Virus record (IMG/VR): IMGVR_UViG_3300027797_000001
Coordinates: 50,923 to 114,922 of that record
Direction: 5' to 3' (one strand)
Source: a virus
Length of the DNA stretch: 64,000 nucleotides
Below the pieces are notes generated by a model. It made no database searches. It saw only the letters and a list, made by a program, of their open reading frames with translations, and was not told where the DNA came from. The translations under genes were made by a program, and so were the position numbers. Positions 11,701 to 21,300 of this stretch are shown piece by piece. Positions within the stretch are counted from its first letter, which is position 1. Each line of letters begins with the position of its first letter.

Positions 11701-12147
11701 GCAAACATGTATGCTAAAAACTTTGACCCTACTAAAATTTATGGACAAAAATCAAGAATAGATAAAGGTGACTATGATGTAAATAAAGGATTGTATAGAG
11801 TAAATCAAATGGGTGCTGATAGATTAGGCCGCTCTAAAAAGTATGGAGGTTATATGCAACCAGGAGGATCAGTAGATCAACAAATGTATTACCCTGAAGA
11901 CAATATGGTTTATCCTCCAGGAGATAGTCAGTATCCAATGATTCCTTTGAATCAAGATATTATGGATATGATGTATAACCAATACTATTCTGATCCTAAC
12001 TTTGCACCTTATATGGAAGACCCATATATGGAAGAAACTCCAGAGCAAATGGACTACAGAATGGTAAAAGAAGGTGGAGAAACCTATATGTCAGATGAAC
12101 AAATAAATGCCTTCTTAGCTGAAGGAGGAGAAATTGAATATTTATAA
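8791..12147 (+). CDS. Low-complexity Q/M/D-rich virion/cargo protein with about 15 xxGG motifs
   Basis: 1118 aa ORF with AAFGG, FQAGG, YKFGG, MKRGG, FQFGG, YIYGG, MQNGG, FRKGG, KKYGG, MQPGG and others; C-terminal MSDEQINAFLAEGGEIEYL. Confidence 0.75.
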   Translation: MTKKKVRIYKAPDGKGQYINKTAKFLKKAAFGGQSDTPQEDMYSQLAQASYMSIKKGQSPKAVYDFLINNKISKDVAEKIVTSVIQFMMSKGELEQEDLDEDQQKEQQMQAQMQQQQQEKEQMASEQDAANEAQMDMYNKQSMDVANDMSQYDQEAEANLDTEDILGFQAGGQMTTDDLLSELNKHDNDINFQDLESLIQSTPGTQSASFPGIEEYYLPYIPLYSESNEIPIYNPIQSDNQYKFGGKTKKKFIGSVLELLKKEEGGEDEVINNTTATPKDDLTNTVKRKQDSFVSALSDEAKKIKIEEYYNQIKNTNDPDTQEILGGGPDQMKRGGRTKRKDNRLLRKLNRILGQNDMYGMQGYMPYNYFNKRSGDFANQRFDTLDYPSIAEYYKALLEKMPVLNQMSRVLPQVDVYDTGLFGRPKKYKISYNIQPVDKSAERQAMEAVIKNNTGSSFPMLYPNPGYDGSPAPAGTMLDVVNDRSIAPIQYDASVKPMVPTGPMAFQFGGSAIFDPSASTLAKYIYGGNDFPEDSKNVNDPYFSDTTPYPQMQNGGDPTEYTHYTHGANDVFHDNMNMINQAKDGLETGGDEYALDYIRQLAGQMKQYNKASRKLGRQARRMTGNTMLDYLIPINRPFEYAGSYGQQRGMPFDYETGEEYTGEIDPSNFVARDNYKIGMFGKPKKFIDYYSVGNEGLNVPDDFSEIEPYTKSKQKAPAQQDVYNEQEEEDISFRQARRNDGVSNIRGAFARMFPESSGREDRERMFPMLRAQDSDRSEDRRLFPMMRADKKQEGGEPNQDDYYNDLFSKLNYSNTYSNYYNELEFRKGGRVLRKAFAGLENTPVSYNDNPVTSQNIISQNTPDPMEQMTAFQGPIIEDSDFNFPTDLPGPVSTTKPYVEPAEDDWSGPQMSNPDIDYPAGPEKLKNKLVGVKRKRKDMFNIDPEAGVNAFNAGARGVLGGIDRMRNKKQEANMYAKNFDPTKIYGQKSRIDKGDYDVNKGLYRVNQMGADRLGRSKKYGGYMQPGGSVDQQMYYPEDNMVYPPGDSQYPMIPLNQDIMDMMYNQYYSDPNFAPYMEDPYMEETPEQMDYRMVKEGGETYMSDEQINAFLAEGGEIEYL

Positions 12148-12156
12148 TTTTGTATT

Positions 12157-15084
12157 ATGTATCATAGAGTAAGAATTAAAAAATTGCCACAGGCAAGAAC
12201 AGGTTACCAAGTACAAGGTTCACTAGCTAATGATGTACCAGCTTTTGGTGGAGCAGATTATAATGCATATATAGGAAAACCAAATCTTAGACAAAGTAAA
12301 TATATTACAGCTGTACCAAGAGATGAAGCTAACTTAGAAGCAGAAGGTGGAGAAACTGTATATGGTGACATCAATGGAGATGGTTTTCCAGAACACAAAG
12401 TTATAAAAGGACCAAGACACTCAGCAGGTGGTGTACCATTATCATTACCAGATGATACATTTATTTTTAGTGATACTAAATCAATGAAGATAAATGATCC
12501 TAATGTTTTACAAATGTTTGGTAAAGCACCTAAGAAAGGAAAAGGTCAACATGGCTTTACTCCAGCAGATCTTGCTAAGCAATATGATATAGATAAGTAT
12601 AGAAAAATATTACAAGATCCTGACTCAGATCATATTGCTAGAAAAACTGCTGAACTAATGATCCGTAACTATAATATGAAGTTAGGAGCTTTAGCATTAG
12701 CACAAGAAGCTAAAAAAGGATTTCCTCAAGGTATACCAGTAGTAGCTAAACCTTACATGGAAGCTATGGGTCTTACAGAAGATAAACTTCTACCAGCTGA
12801 ATATAGAACATTGTCAGCTCCACAAGAAGAAGAAGAAATGCCAGAAGATCAAATGCAAGATCCTTCACAACAATATGCTTCTGATGATTATGATGTAGAG
12901 AATACACCATATGATACAGAAGAAGAAATGGGAATGCAACCTGGTATGGGATTAGATCAAGCAGCCATGGAAGGGCAAATGCAAATGCCACCTATGGCTA
13001 TGTATGGTATGGAGATGGGAGGTTATGATATGCCTTTTGCTGCATATGGTATGCCTATGGGAGCTAATTCTAGTAACTATATGGGAAGAACTAAAAGAAT
13101 CCAAGGTAGTGGTCCATTTCCAAACCGTCAAATGGCTAGAGAAGGAATTATTGCGGGTGGTGTATTAGGTATGCCATTGGTAATGCAAGATGGTGGATAT
13201 TTACCTAAAGCTCAAACAGGACCAACAACACCTAAATATAAAACATATAATGAGGCTGATCTTCCTGCAGGAACTGCAGTTAAAGATCCTAAAGATATGA
13301 GTCTTAAGGTTGGTGATTATGTAAGACAAGCAGATGGTACAGTAACTAAAGTTACTAGTGCGGCTTTAAAAACAAAAGTTGATACACAAACTCGACCTGG
13401 TACAAGAGCAGACTTTATGAATGCATCTGCTGATAACAAAGCTATACTAGAAGCAGGAGATAAAATTATTGATAAAGCAATAGCCAGTGGACAAGCTGTA
13501 AGAGGTTATAAAAAACCAGATGGTACTTGGGTAAATGACAAAACAAAATCTGGTGTAAGATTATTAGGAGATTTAAATTTACCATTTGAAGATAGAATTA
13601 TACTAAGTAGAGCACTTAATTCTTCTCAAGAATTTGGTACTAATAAATATAAGGTTGAATCTCAAGCAATGACCAAAGGTTATTCTAGAAAAGTTGATGG
13701 TAAATTTAAAGGTTCAGGATCTTTTGTTTCTGGATTTACACCTGAAGATTATGAGAAGAGATATCTTTTTGAAAAAGCTAGAGGATTTGGTTTAAATGAT
13801 CAAGAAGCATTTGATCAAATAAATAAAATATATGCGGATCCAGCAAAAACTTCTGAGATTAGAAAAGAATATTTAAATTATTTAGGAAAAGGAAATTTAG
13901 CTACTGGTAAATCAGATGCTGATTTATTAAATCCTAATTTTTATAAAGCTAATTATGCTGAAGTAACTTCTGGAATTGAATCAGTATTAGGTGCAGCAGC
14001 AAATAGACCTACAATAGGTGATGAGCAATTATCTGGTTTTGAGCACTTTGATGCTGCTGGTTTAAGTCCAGAGTTTAATTATGAACCACCTGAGAATCCA
14101 TGTCCATGTAAAGATGATAGTGGTCAAACAGTAGTTAGAGATGCTGATGGAAATTGCCCATGTCCAGATAAACCAAAAGATTGTCCTTGTGGTAAAGATC
14201 CTATAACTGGACAATGTAAACCATGTGACGAAATACCACCGGGAAAAAAACCTCCTGTTACTCCACCAGCTAAATGGTGGTTGCAAGATACAATTAAAAC
14301 TACTGGTGCATTTGGGGATTTAATGGGTATTAAAAAATATATGCCATGGTCACCTAAAGTAGATCTTGAAGAACCAAGACCTACATTCTTAGATCCTACA
14401 AGAGAACTTGCTCAACAGTCTGAACAAGCAAATCTTGCCATCATGAATTTAGCTGCATTTGCTGGACCACAAGCTTTATCTAGTAGAGCATCAAGCATAC
14501 AAGGAACTGGGGCTAAATCAGCCGCAGATACTTTATCTAGAATAAATAATGCTAATGTTGGTATAGCAGATAATTTTGAGATGAAACAAGTAGATATTAG
14601 AAATCAAGAAGCACTTGCTAATCAAGCTGGACAGCAAAAACTTTATGATGCAAATACTATAGCTAATCAACAGTTTGATAATTCAAGAATGGCATTAAGA
14701 AATCAAATGAGAAATCATTATACAAATGCTATTACTAATAAAGCTAAAACAGCTACATTAAATCAGTTGTATCCACAGTACGCAGTCTTGCCAGAGACTG
14801 GTGGTATGCCAGGATTTAAAGGCGGTAAGCCAATTAAACCTGAAGTTACAAAAACTGCTCAAGAATACTTTGATGAGATAAAACTACAGTATCCTGATAT
14901 GGATGACAAAACCGCATATCAAATGGCTAAAGATAGAGCAGGTACTCAAACAACCGATGATAATGCTATGGATGTTGTTAATGCACAATACAATGTTCCA
15001 TCTGGAACAGATATGAGATATGGAGGATTTGCTAATGGAGGCTTTGTTTATGGAGACTCAATCTATCCTTTCTTTTTTACTTAA
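12157..15084 (+). CDS. Virion structural/cargo protein with an EAEGGE...GPRHSAGGV domain and a Cys-Pro-rich segment
   Basis: 975 aa ORF. The N-terminal ANLEAEGGETV...GPRHSAGGVPL...FIFSD pattern resembles proteins of crAss-like structural modules (recalled, not searched). CPC repeats at 14098-14226. Confidence 0.7.
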   Translation: MYHRVRIKKLPQARTGYQVQGSLANDVPAFGGADYNAYIGKPNLRQSKYITAVPRDEANLEAEGGETVYGDINGDGFPEHKVIKGPRHSAGGVPLSLPDDTFIFSDTKSMKINDPNVLQMFGKAPKKGKGQHGFTPADLAKQYDIDKYRKILQDPDSDHIARKTAELMIRNYNMKLGALALAQEAKKGFPQGIPVVAKPYMEAMGLTEDKLLPAEYRTLSAPQEEEEMPEDQMQDPSQQYASDDYDVENTPYDTEEEMGMQPGMGLDQAAMEGQMQMPPMAMYGMEMGGYDMPFAAYGMPMGANSSNYMGRTKRIQGSGPFPNRQMAREGIIAGGVLGMPLVMQDGGYLPKAQTGPTTPKYKTYNEADLPAGTAVKDPKDMSLKVGDYVRQADGTVTKVTSAALKTKVDTQTRPGTRADFMNASADNKAILEAGDKIIDKAIASGQAVRGYKKPDGTWVNDKTKSGVRLLGDLNLPFEDRIILSRALNSSQEFGTNKYKVESQAMTKGYSRKVDGKFKGSGSFVSGFTPEDYEKRYLFEKARGFGLNDQEAFDQINKIYADPAKTSEIRKEYLNYLGKGNLATGKSDADLLNPNFYKANYAEVTSGIESVLGAAANRPTIGDEQLSGFEHFDAAGLSPEFNYEPPENPCPCKDDSGQTVVRDADGNCPCPDKPKDCPCGKDPITGQCKPCDEIPPGKKPPVTPPAKWWLQDTIKTTGAFGDLMGIKKYMPWSPKVDLEEPRPTFLDPTRELAQQSEQANLAIMNLAAFAGPQALSSRASSIQGTGAKSAADTLSRINNANVGIADNFEMKQVDIRNQEALANQAGQQKLYDANTIANQQFDNSRMALRNQMRNHYTNAITNKAKTATLNQLYPQYAVLPETGGMPGFKGGKPIKPEVTKTAQEYFDEIKLQYPDMDDKTAYQMAKDRAGTQTTDDNAMDVVNAQYNVPSGTDMRYGGFANGGFVYGDSIYPFFFT

Positions 15085-15143
15085 ACTTTTAAGATTTATT
15101 AAACTTAATAAATTTTAATATATTTATATTATAATAATAAAAT
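15082..15143 (+). promoter_or_regulatory. Putative late promoter region: TAAAC-N7-ATTTA box plus TTTTAATATATTTATATTATA element
   Basis: Mirrors 8730-8790. Confidence 0.45.
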
Positions 15144-18100
15144 ATGGCAACGTATATACAAGGGGTTACAGATTATATACCAGATTACCAGCCTTTTCAG
15201 CCTGACTTAAATTTCTATGCAAGTGCTTTGCAGACAAAACAAAATCAGTATGATAGTAATTATAAGGCTTTAAATAATTTATATGGTCAATATTTTTATG
15301 CTGATTTAACAAGACCTGATAATATTAAAAAGAAAGATCAATTACTTAAGAATATTGACTTTAATTTAAACAGGGTAGCTGGTTTAGATTTATCATTAGA
15401 ACAAAATGTTCAACAAGCTACTCAGATCTTTACACCATTTTATGAAGACCAATTCTTGATGAAAGATATGGCCTATACTAAAAACTTTAGCAGTTCTTAT
15501 AATGGTGCATTAGCATTACAGAAAAGTAAAGACAAAGAAACATATTCTAAATACTGGAATGAGGGAGTTAAGTATATGTTATATGAAAGAGAAAAGTTTA
15601 AAAAATCAACTGATGAAGAATCATTAGGATTTGCTAATGCAGAGTATGTGCCTTATAAAAATGCAGTTGAAACTTACATGAAACTTGCAAAAGATATGGG
15701 TATATCAGCTGATATAACTCAATCCAATGGTAGATACTTTGTTCGTCAAAAAAATGGAGATTTAATTCTTCAAGATTTAAGTAGAATTTTTACATCTGCT
15801 TTTGCTAATGACCCTCAACTTCAAAAAATAGCTCAAGTTCAAGCTGTAGTAAATAGAGAAGATAAGATTAGAGAACTTGCTGGTAAATATAATGGAGATA
15901 TTGCTGCTGCAGAAAGAGAATATTTACAAACTCAAAACGCAACTATCCAAGAATATATTGCATTAAAAAATTCTAAGAATAAAGAGAATTTAAAAACTGT
16001 AGAAAATAAAACTGAATCTGTAAATAAAAAACTTGAATTTGGTGAAGGAAATCAATTTACAGAATCTTATGTAAAGTCTCTTGAGAAAGCATATGGTATT
16101 GCACAAGATAATGTTAATTATAGTGATGCTTTAAGTAATGAAATTTCTGATGACAAAAACAGAACATTAACTACTGCTGGAGGAACATCTAATCCTGATG
16201 ATATTGAACAATTAAGATATAAAGTAGATGCGGGTACTGCATCAATGTTTGCAGAACAAGATATTGCTGAAGCAGCATATCAACGTTCTAGAGTAGATAT
16301 GGTAGTTGATATATCAGCAGATCCATATGGTGTGTCCGCACAAAATCATGCATTTGCATTATCTAGACAGAGAGAAGCACAAGCCCATAAAGAGTTCATG
16401 CTTGAACAAAAAGATATAAAAGATAAAGAAAATCTTGTTCTTAATGCTGGATTAGTTAATGGTACTTATATTGGTACACAACAGGTAATGGGTGCAGATG
16501 GTAAAATGCATACTGAAGGAATTCCAAATCCAGCACTATTCAATAGAAGAACATTATTAGATACTGACTCTGGTGCAGCTACAGATGGAGAAAATAAACT
16601 TGTTGCAAATAGAGATAAATTAAAAGAAGTTACATCTGAATATGCAGATCCAATGATTAAAAACATTGTTAATACTCTTAACATGTTTGTTAAAGCTGGA
16701 TATTTAAATAAGGGTGATATTGCTCCAATGTTTTTTAATGGTAAAATGGACGCAAATCAGTTCCTTAAAAATTATCAAGATAAGTCATACGGATATTTAA
16801 GTGGAAAAGGTGCTGATTATTTAGAAACACTTTATAATAAAGTTACTACATTTGCTATGGCACACAGAGGTGATGCTGGAGTAGCTGATTCATATTTAAG
16901 TAGTTCTTCTCATGAGAAGTTTGATGACTATGTAACATATCTTAGAGCAAATAAAAAACTTAAAGCTGATAATGCAGAAGTTATAAATAAGAATTTATAT
17001 TCTTCTGTTGCTTTAAGCAGCTTAGGTTTAGATGATAAAATGAAAGAAAAACTAATAAGTAGTTTTTATGATAAAAACAGTTTAATGATTTTATCAAAAG
17101 ATGATTTTATCAATAGTAATAAAAATATGAAAGTTAATTCTGCTTTGCATTATCCTCTTTCCGTAACTAGTCCTGAACAAACTGATAAAAGTTTTTCAAT
17201 GACTCAGAAAGAATATAATACTTGGAAGCAAAATGTTTTAAAACTTGACAAAGAGTTATTCTCTATAGATCCAGCTGGAAAATTTTCAAATAAACTTATT
17301 GGTAATGTTGCAAGTATTGGTGATCCAAATCTTAGAAAAAAATATAACAGAGTACAACAAATCAAAAGTGATCTACAAAGAATGGGTGCTTGGAATGGTG
17401 AGAGAAAAATTGTTATTACTGATCATAAAGATGTAAACGGTAATGTAAAACCAATAGGTGTAAAACATAATGGATCTTCAATTTGGGATAATGTTAGTAG
17501 AGACAAAGAAGAAGTACTATCTGGAATATATGATGAGTTTGCAAGAAATTTTGTAAACACATCAAAAAGTAGAGAAATTAAAAGTGTCTATGACTCTCCA
17601 CATTTTAAAGGTACTGGTTTAGCAAGTACAGGAATTAATGGTTTAGATGTTTCAATGGCTGCACCTACTAGTCCTGGATTTAAAGCTTATATAGATTTTA
17701 TGGAAAAGGATATGACTAGAATAAATCTATATGATGGAAAAAATAAAGTAAGTTTCTTTGGTGCTAATAAAACTGGTGTAAATGATACTGAAGATTTATT
17801 GGATAATAATGATGCTGCTAAAGTAACTGAATTAATTCTAGAGCACTACTATAAAAATATTGGTAAAAAAGATATTAAACCATTCTTCTTTGGTTCAAGA
17901 CAAATTGCTCTTGAAGATAAAAATACCGGAGCAATGGTTATTAAACCAGACAATCAAGTATTAAAAGAACTTATAGAATCAGATACTCAAGGTTTAATTA
18001 CTAAAGAAGTACAACAAGCCATATTAAAAAATGGCATCTCTATTATATCTAATAAAAATAATTTCAGTAATGATATCTTTAAAGGTAATGAAACAACACC

Positions 18101-18386
18101 TTTAGAAAGTATGGTAAATGCATTAGAGGAAATTACTTATGTTAATCCTATGGGTGGTGGTGAAGTAACTGTTGCAAAAAATACAACTGGTACATCTGAT
18201 TATAATATTTATGGAATACAATATTATATGGACAAAAATGGTCAGAAAAAATCAGAAAAATTTACACTACCTGTATTGATGTATCAAAATAATATTGATC
18301 AACTTTTTTATCAGGCTAAGCAAATGCTTAGAGAGAATGCGGAAGATTATGCTGCAGAATATAGAAGATTCCATCAAAATAAATAA
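15144..18386 (+). CDS. Virion cargo/ejection protein, function unknown
   Basis: 1080 aa ORF directly upstream of the three giant genes; helical N-terminal region; lacks the dense GG motifs. Confidence 0.7.
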   Translation: MATYIQGVTDYIPDYQPFQPDLNFYASALQTKQNQYDSNYKALNNLYGQYFYADLTRPDNIKKKDQLLKNIDFNLNRVAGLDLSLEQNVQQATQIFTPFYEDQFLMKDMAYTKNFSSSYNGALALQKSKDKETYSKYWNEGVKYMLYEREKFKKSTDEESLGFANAEYVPYKNAVETYMKLAKDMGISADITQSNGRYFVRQKNGDLILQDLSRIFTSAFANDPQLQKIAQVQAVVNREDKIRELAGKYNGDIAAAEREYLQTQNATIQEYIALKNSKNKENLKTVENKTESVNKKLEFGEGNQFTESYVKSLEKAYGIAQDNVNYSDALSNEISDDKNRTLTTAGGTSNPDDIEQLRYKVDAGTASMFAEQDIAEAAYQRSRVDMVVDISADPYGVSAQNHAFALSRQREAQAHKEFMLEQKDIKDKENLVLNAGLVNGTYIGTQQVMGADGKMHTEGIPNPALFNRRTLLDTDSGAATDGENKLVANRDKLKEVTSEYADPMIKNIVNTLNMFVKAGYLNKGDIAPMFFNGKMDANQFLKNYQDKSYGYLSGKGADYLETLYNKVTTFAMAHRGDAGVADSYLSSSSHEKFDDYVTYLRANKKLKADNAEVINKNLYSSVALSSLGLDDKMKEKLISSFYDKNSLMILSKDDFINSNKNMKVNSALHYPLSVTSPEQTDKSFSMTQKEYNTWKQNVLKLDKELFSIDPAGKFSNKLIGNVASIGDPNLRKKYNRVQQIKSDLQRMGAWNGERKIVITDHKDVNGNVKPIGVKHNGSSIWDNVSRDKEEVLSGIYDEFARNFVNTSKSREIKSVYDSPHFKGTGLASTGINGLDVSMAAPTSPGFKAYIDFMEKDMTRINLYDGKNKVSFFGANKTGVNDTEDLLDNNDAAKVTELILEHYYKNIGKKDIKPFFFGSRQIALEDKNTGAMVIKPDNQVLKELIESDTQGLITKEVQQAILKNGISIISNKNNFSNDIFKGNETTPLESMVNALEEITYVNPMGGGEVTVAKNTTGTSDYNIYGIQYYMDKNGQKKSEKFTLPVLMYQNNIDQLFYQAKQMLRENAEDYAAEYRRFHQNK

Positions 18387-21300
18387 ATGGATATGGCAGA
18401 AAATGAAAATTTAGATGTAACTGGTAGAGCAGAATTTTTAAGAAAAGGAACAACAGAACTTAATGATTTTCTTCCATTTGGTGGAGAGCAAATAAATACT
18501 CAGAATAATTTATTTGCACAAAATCCTCAAAGACCGCCTATTCAAATTGAGAGTCCTAATAGTGATCCTCAAAAACCTACTATACAAAAAGATTATATTC
18601 AGGACAATGGTCCTGGGATTATGCCATATAGTTCTAATCAACTTGCTAATACTTCACAGCAAAGAACACAAGCTAGATTAAAAAAATTACAGAATGCTGC
18701 TTATAGTCTAGAAGATAATTCTCAGTACTCTAAACCATTTATGTATGACTCTACAGCAACAGGGGCACATAAAGCTAAGTATAAAGGATACGGACAAAGA
18801 ACATATGATAGAATTGGTTTTAGCCCACTTGTAAACAATGAAGAAATCTTTATTAATAATACATCTATAGCAGATGATTTCATAAGAACTGCTACAAACT
18901 CATTTTTCCCTATGGTTGGTCAGGGGTTAATTGCTAATCCTAAAAGTTATGCTCAATTGTTTCAAGGAAATATTGGACAAGACTATGATCAATCTGAAGA
19001 TTATGAAGAGTATTCTAATATAGGATACAGTAGTAGAGGTGGACCATTGGCTTTTATAAACAATGTCTTTAACTCACTTGGATATAGTGCCGGGGTAATG
19101 TTTGAAGCAGGTGCAGAGATGGCACTTGAAGGAGCTATAGAAGGTGCTATTGTTGGTAGTATTGAACCAGGAGCAGGAACAGCTGCTGGTGGAGTTATAG
19201 GTGGAGCAATAGGTGGTGCAGTTGGAGTTGCTAGAGGATTGTTTGCTTTGCCAAAGTCTTTATTTAATATGGGGAAGTATGGTGGTAAGATGTTATCTTC
19301 TTTAAAAAATGCTGAGAAATTTACAGAAGCTAAAAACTTATTCAATACTGCTGTAAAGTCTACAGCAAATTTTGTTAATCCGGTAAATAATACACTTACT
19401 GCCTATAAAGAATATGATAATTTAACTGGATTAGCAAGAGCATCAAGAACAGCCGGGGGTTTCTTTAGAGATGTTATTGGTATGAATGCTGCCTTAAGTG
19501 AAGGTAGACTAGAAGGTGGGTTTGTAGAAAATAAAACTTATGAAAGATCCTATGATGAGTTTTGGAAAAAATTTAATAGAGCTCCTGATGATAAAGAACA
19601 ACTTGAATTAAGAAAAAGATCTAAGATTGCTGGTTTTCAGGATACATGGAAAAATGGTATGCTTGTTTTTTATTCTAATAAACTTGCGTTTCCAAATCTT
19701 TTTGGTAACAAGCTTTTTTCTAAAATGTCTAGAACAGTTGGTGAAATAGGAAATGAGTTTGATTTAGTTTATCAAGCTGGTAAGAAAGGTATTCAAGAAG
19801 GAAGTTATGAGTTAGTAGATTACAATATAAAAAATGCTCTTAAAGGTTTTATTAAACCAGCAAACTTCGGTAAGGCTTCATTAATGTATTTTAAGACTAA
19901 CCTGGTAGAAGGTACACAAGAAGTTTTACAAGATGTGTTGGCAGATGCTACTGAAGAGTATTATGTAAATTCTTACTTTGATCCAACTAAAGCAAACTTT
20001 GATTATTCAATGTCCACATTGGGTAATGCTTTTGGACATCAAGTTTCTGAACAAGGTTTTGAAACCTTTATGTCTGGTTTTGTAATGGGTGCATTTTTAA
20101 AGCCAGTATCTGGTGTGCCAAGATTTGCTACTATCCAGTACAATAAAATGAAAATGACTCCAGAAGAGTATAAGACATATACTAATGATAGGAAAACATA
20201 TGGTGAGCAGGTGAAGAATGCAATGAATAAGATGCATAAAAATCCTGTTGACTTTTTAAATGATAGAATGGTTAACTATGGTAACCAAAGTATTATATCT
20301 AAAAAATTAGCAGATGATGAAACAGATGAGAAAGAAATGTGGGATGGTGTTAATGCATCTTTCTTATCAGATGTAATTACTACATTAAGGGCTGGTACAT
20401 TTAAAGTTTGGTTAAGTAATTTTGAAAAATATAACCAGATGAGTGATAAAGACTTAGAAGATACTCTAAGTCTTAAAGGAGGAGAAGGTCAAAAAATGCG
20501 GGAAACAATGTCAAACTATGTTTCTAAAGCTAAAAAAATACAAGCAAGATATGATGAAGGCCAAAATACTTTTGGCAAAAGAATGATTCCCCTTACTAAT
20601 TTAAAAGAAGGTAGTCCTGAATATGAAAAAGCTCAGATATATAATAAAGCATTAGAAAGAGGTCTTTATAACTTAACCTTTTTAGGAGAGACCTTTGATT
20701 TAAATCTTGAAAGAATAAATGCAATGACTCAAAAACTTGGGTCATTGGATGCAATTAAAAACTTACCTGGTGCAGATTTTCAAACATTACTTGATCATGA
20801 AAGATTGACCAATAATATTAAAATACTTCAAACAGAAATTGAAACACTAAAACAAACTGGTGATCAAGCTGCAGTTACACAAGCAGAAAAGAAAGAAAGA
20901 TTGTTAACTAAGTTACAGAAGTTTCAAGATACTCAAATTGATTATTTAACTCTTAAGAAAGCAACTGAATCTTTAGAATTACTTAAACGTGAAGCAAAAG
21001 CTGCTGGTAAAAAAGCAAATATAGAAGATCTAGAAGTTGCTAAAGAGATTATTGATTATTATAAAAAGAATGGAAAGAATCCTAAAAAAGATCATAAAAA
21101 AGCATTTGAAGAATTATTAAAAGATTTATCTGGCTCAGATGTCAACTTCATGAAAATGATGAGACAATTAAAAGCTAATGATGGCATGAGAGATTTATTT
21201 ACAAAGTTAACAGACATATACGACTTAACTTTAGAAAATAAAAACATAGTACCATATGTTACAACTCTTACAGATCCTGATGGTTTCTATGAGCATGTAA

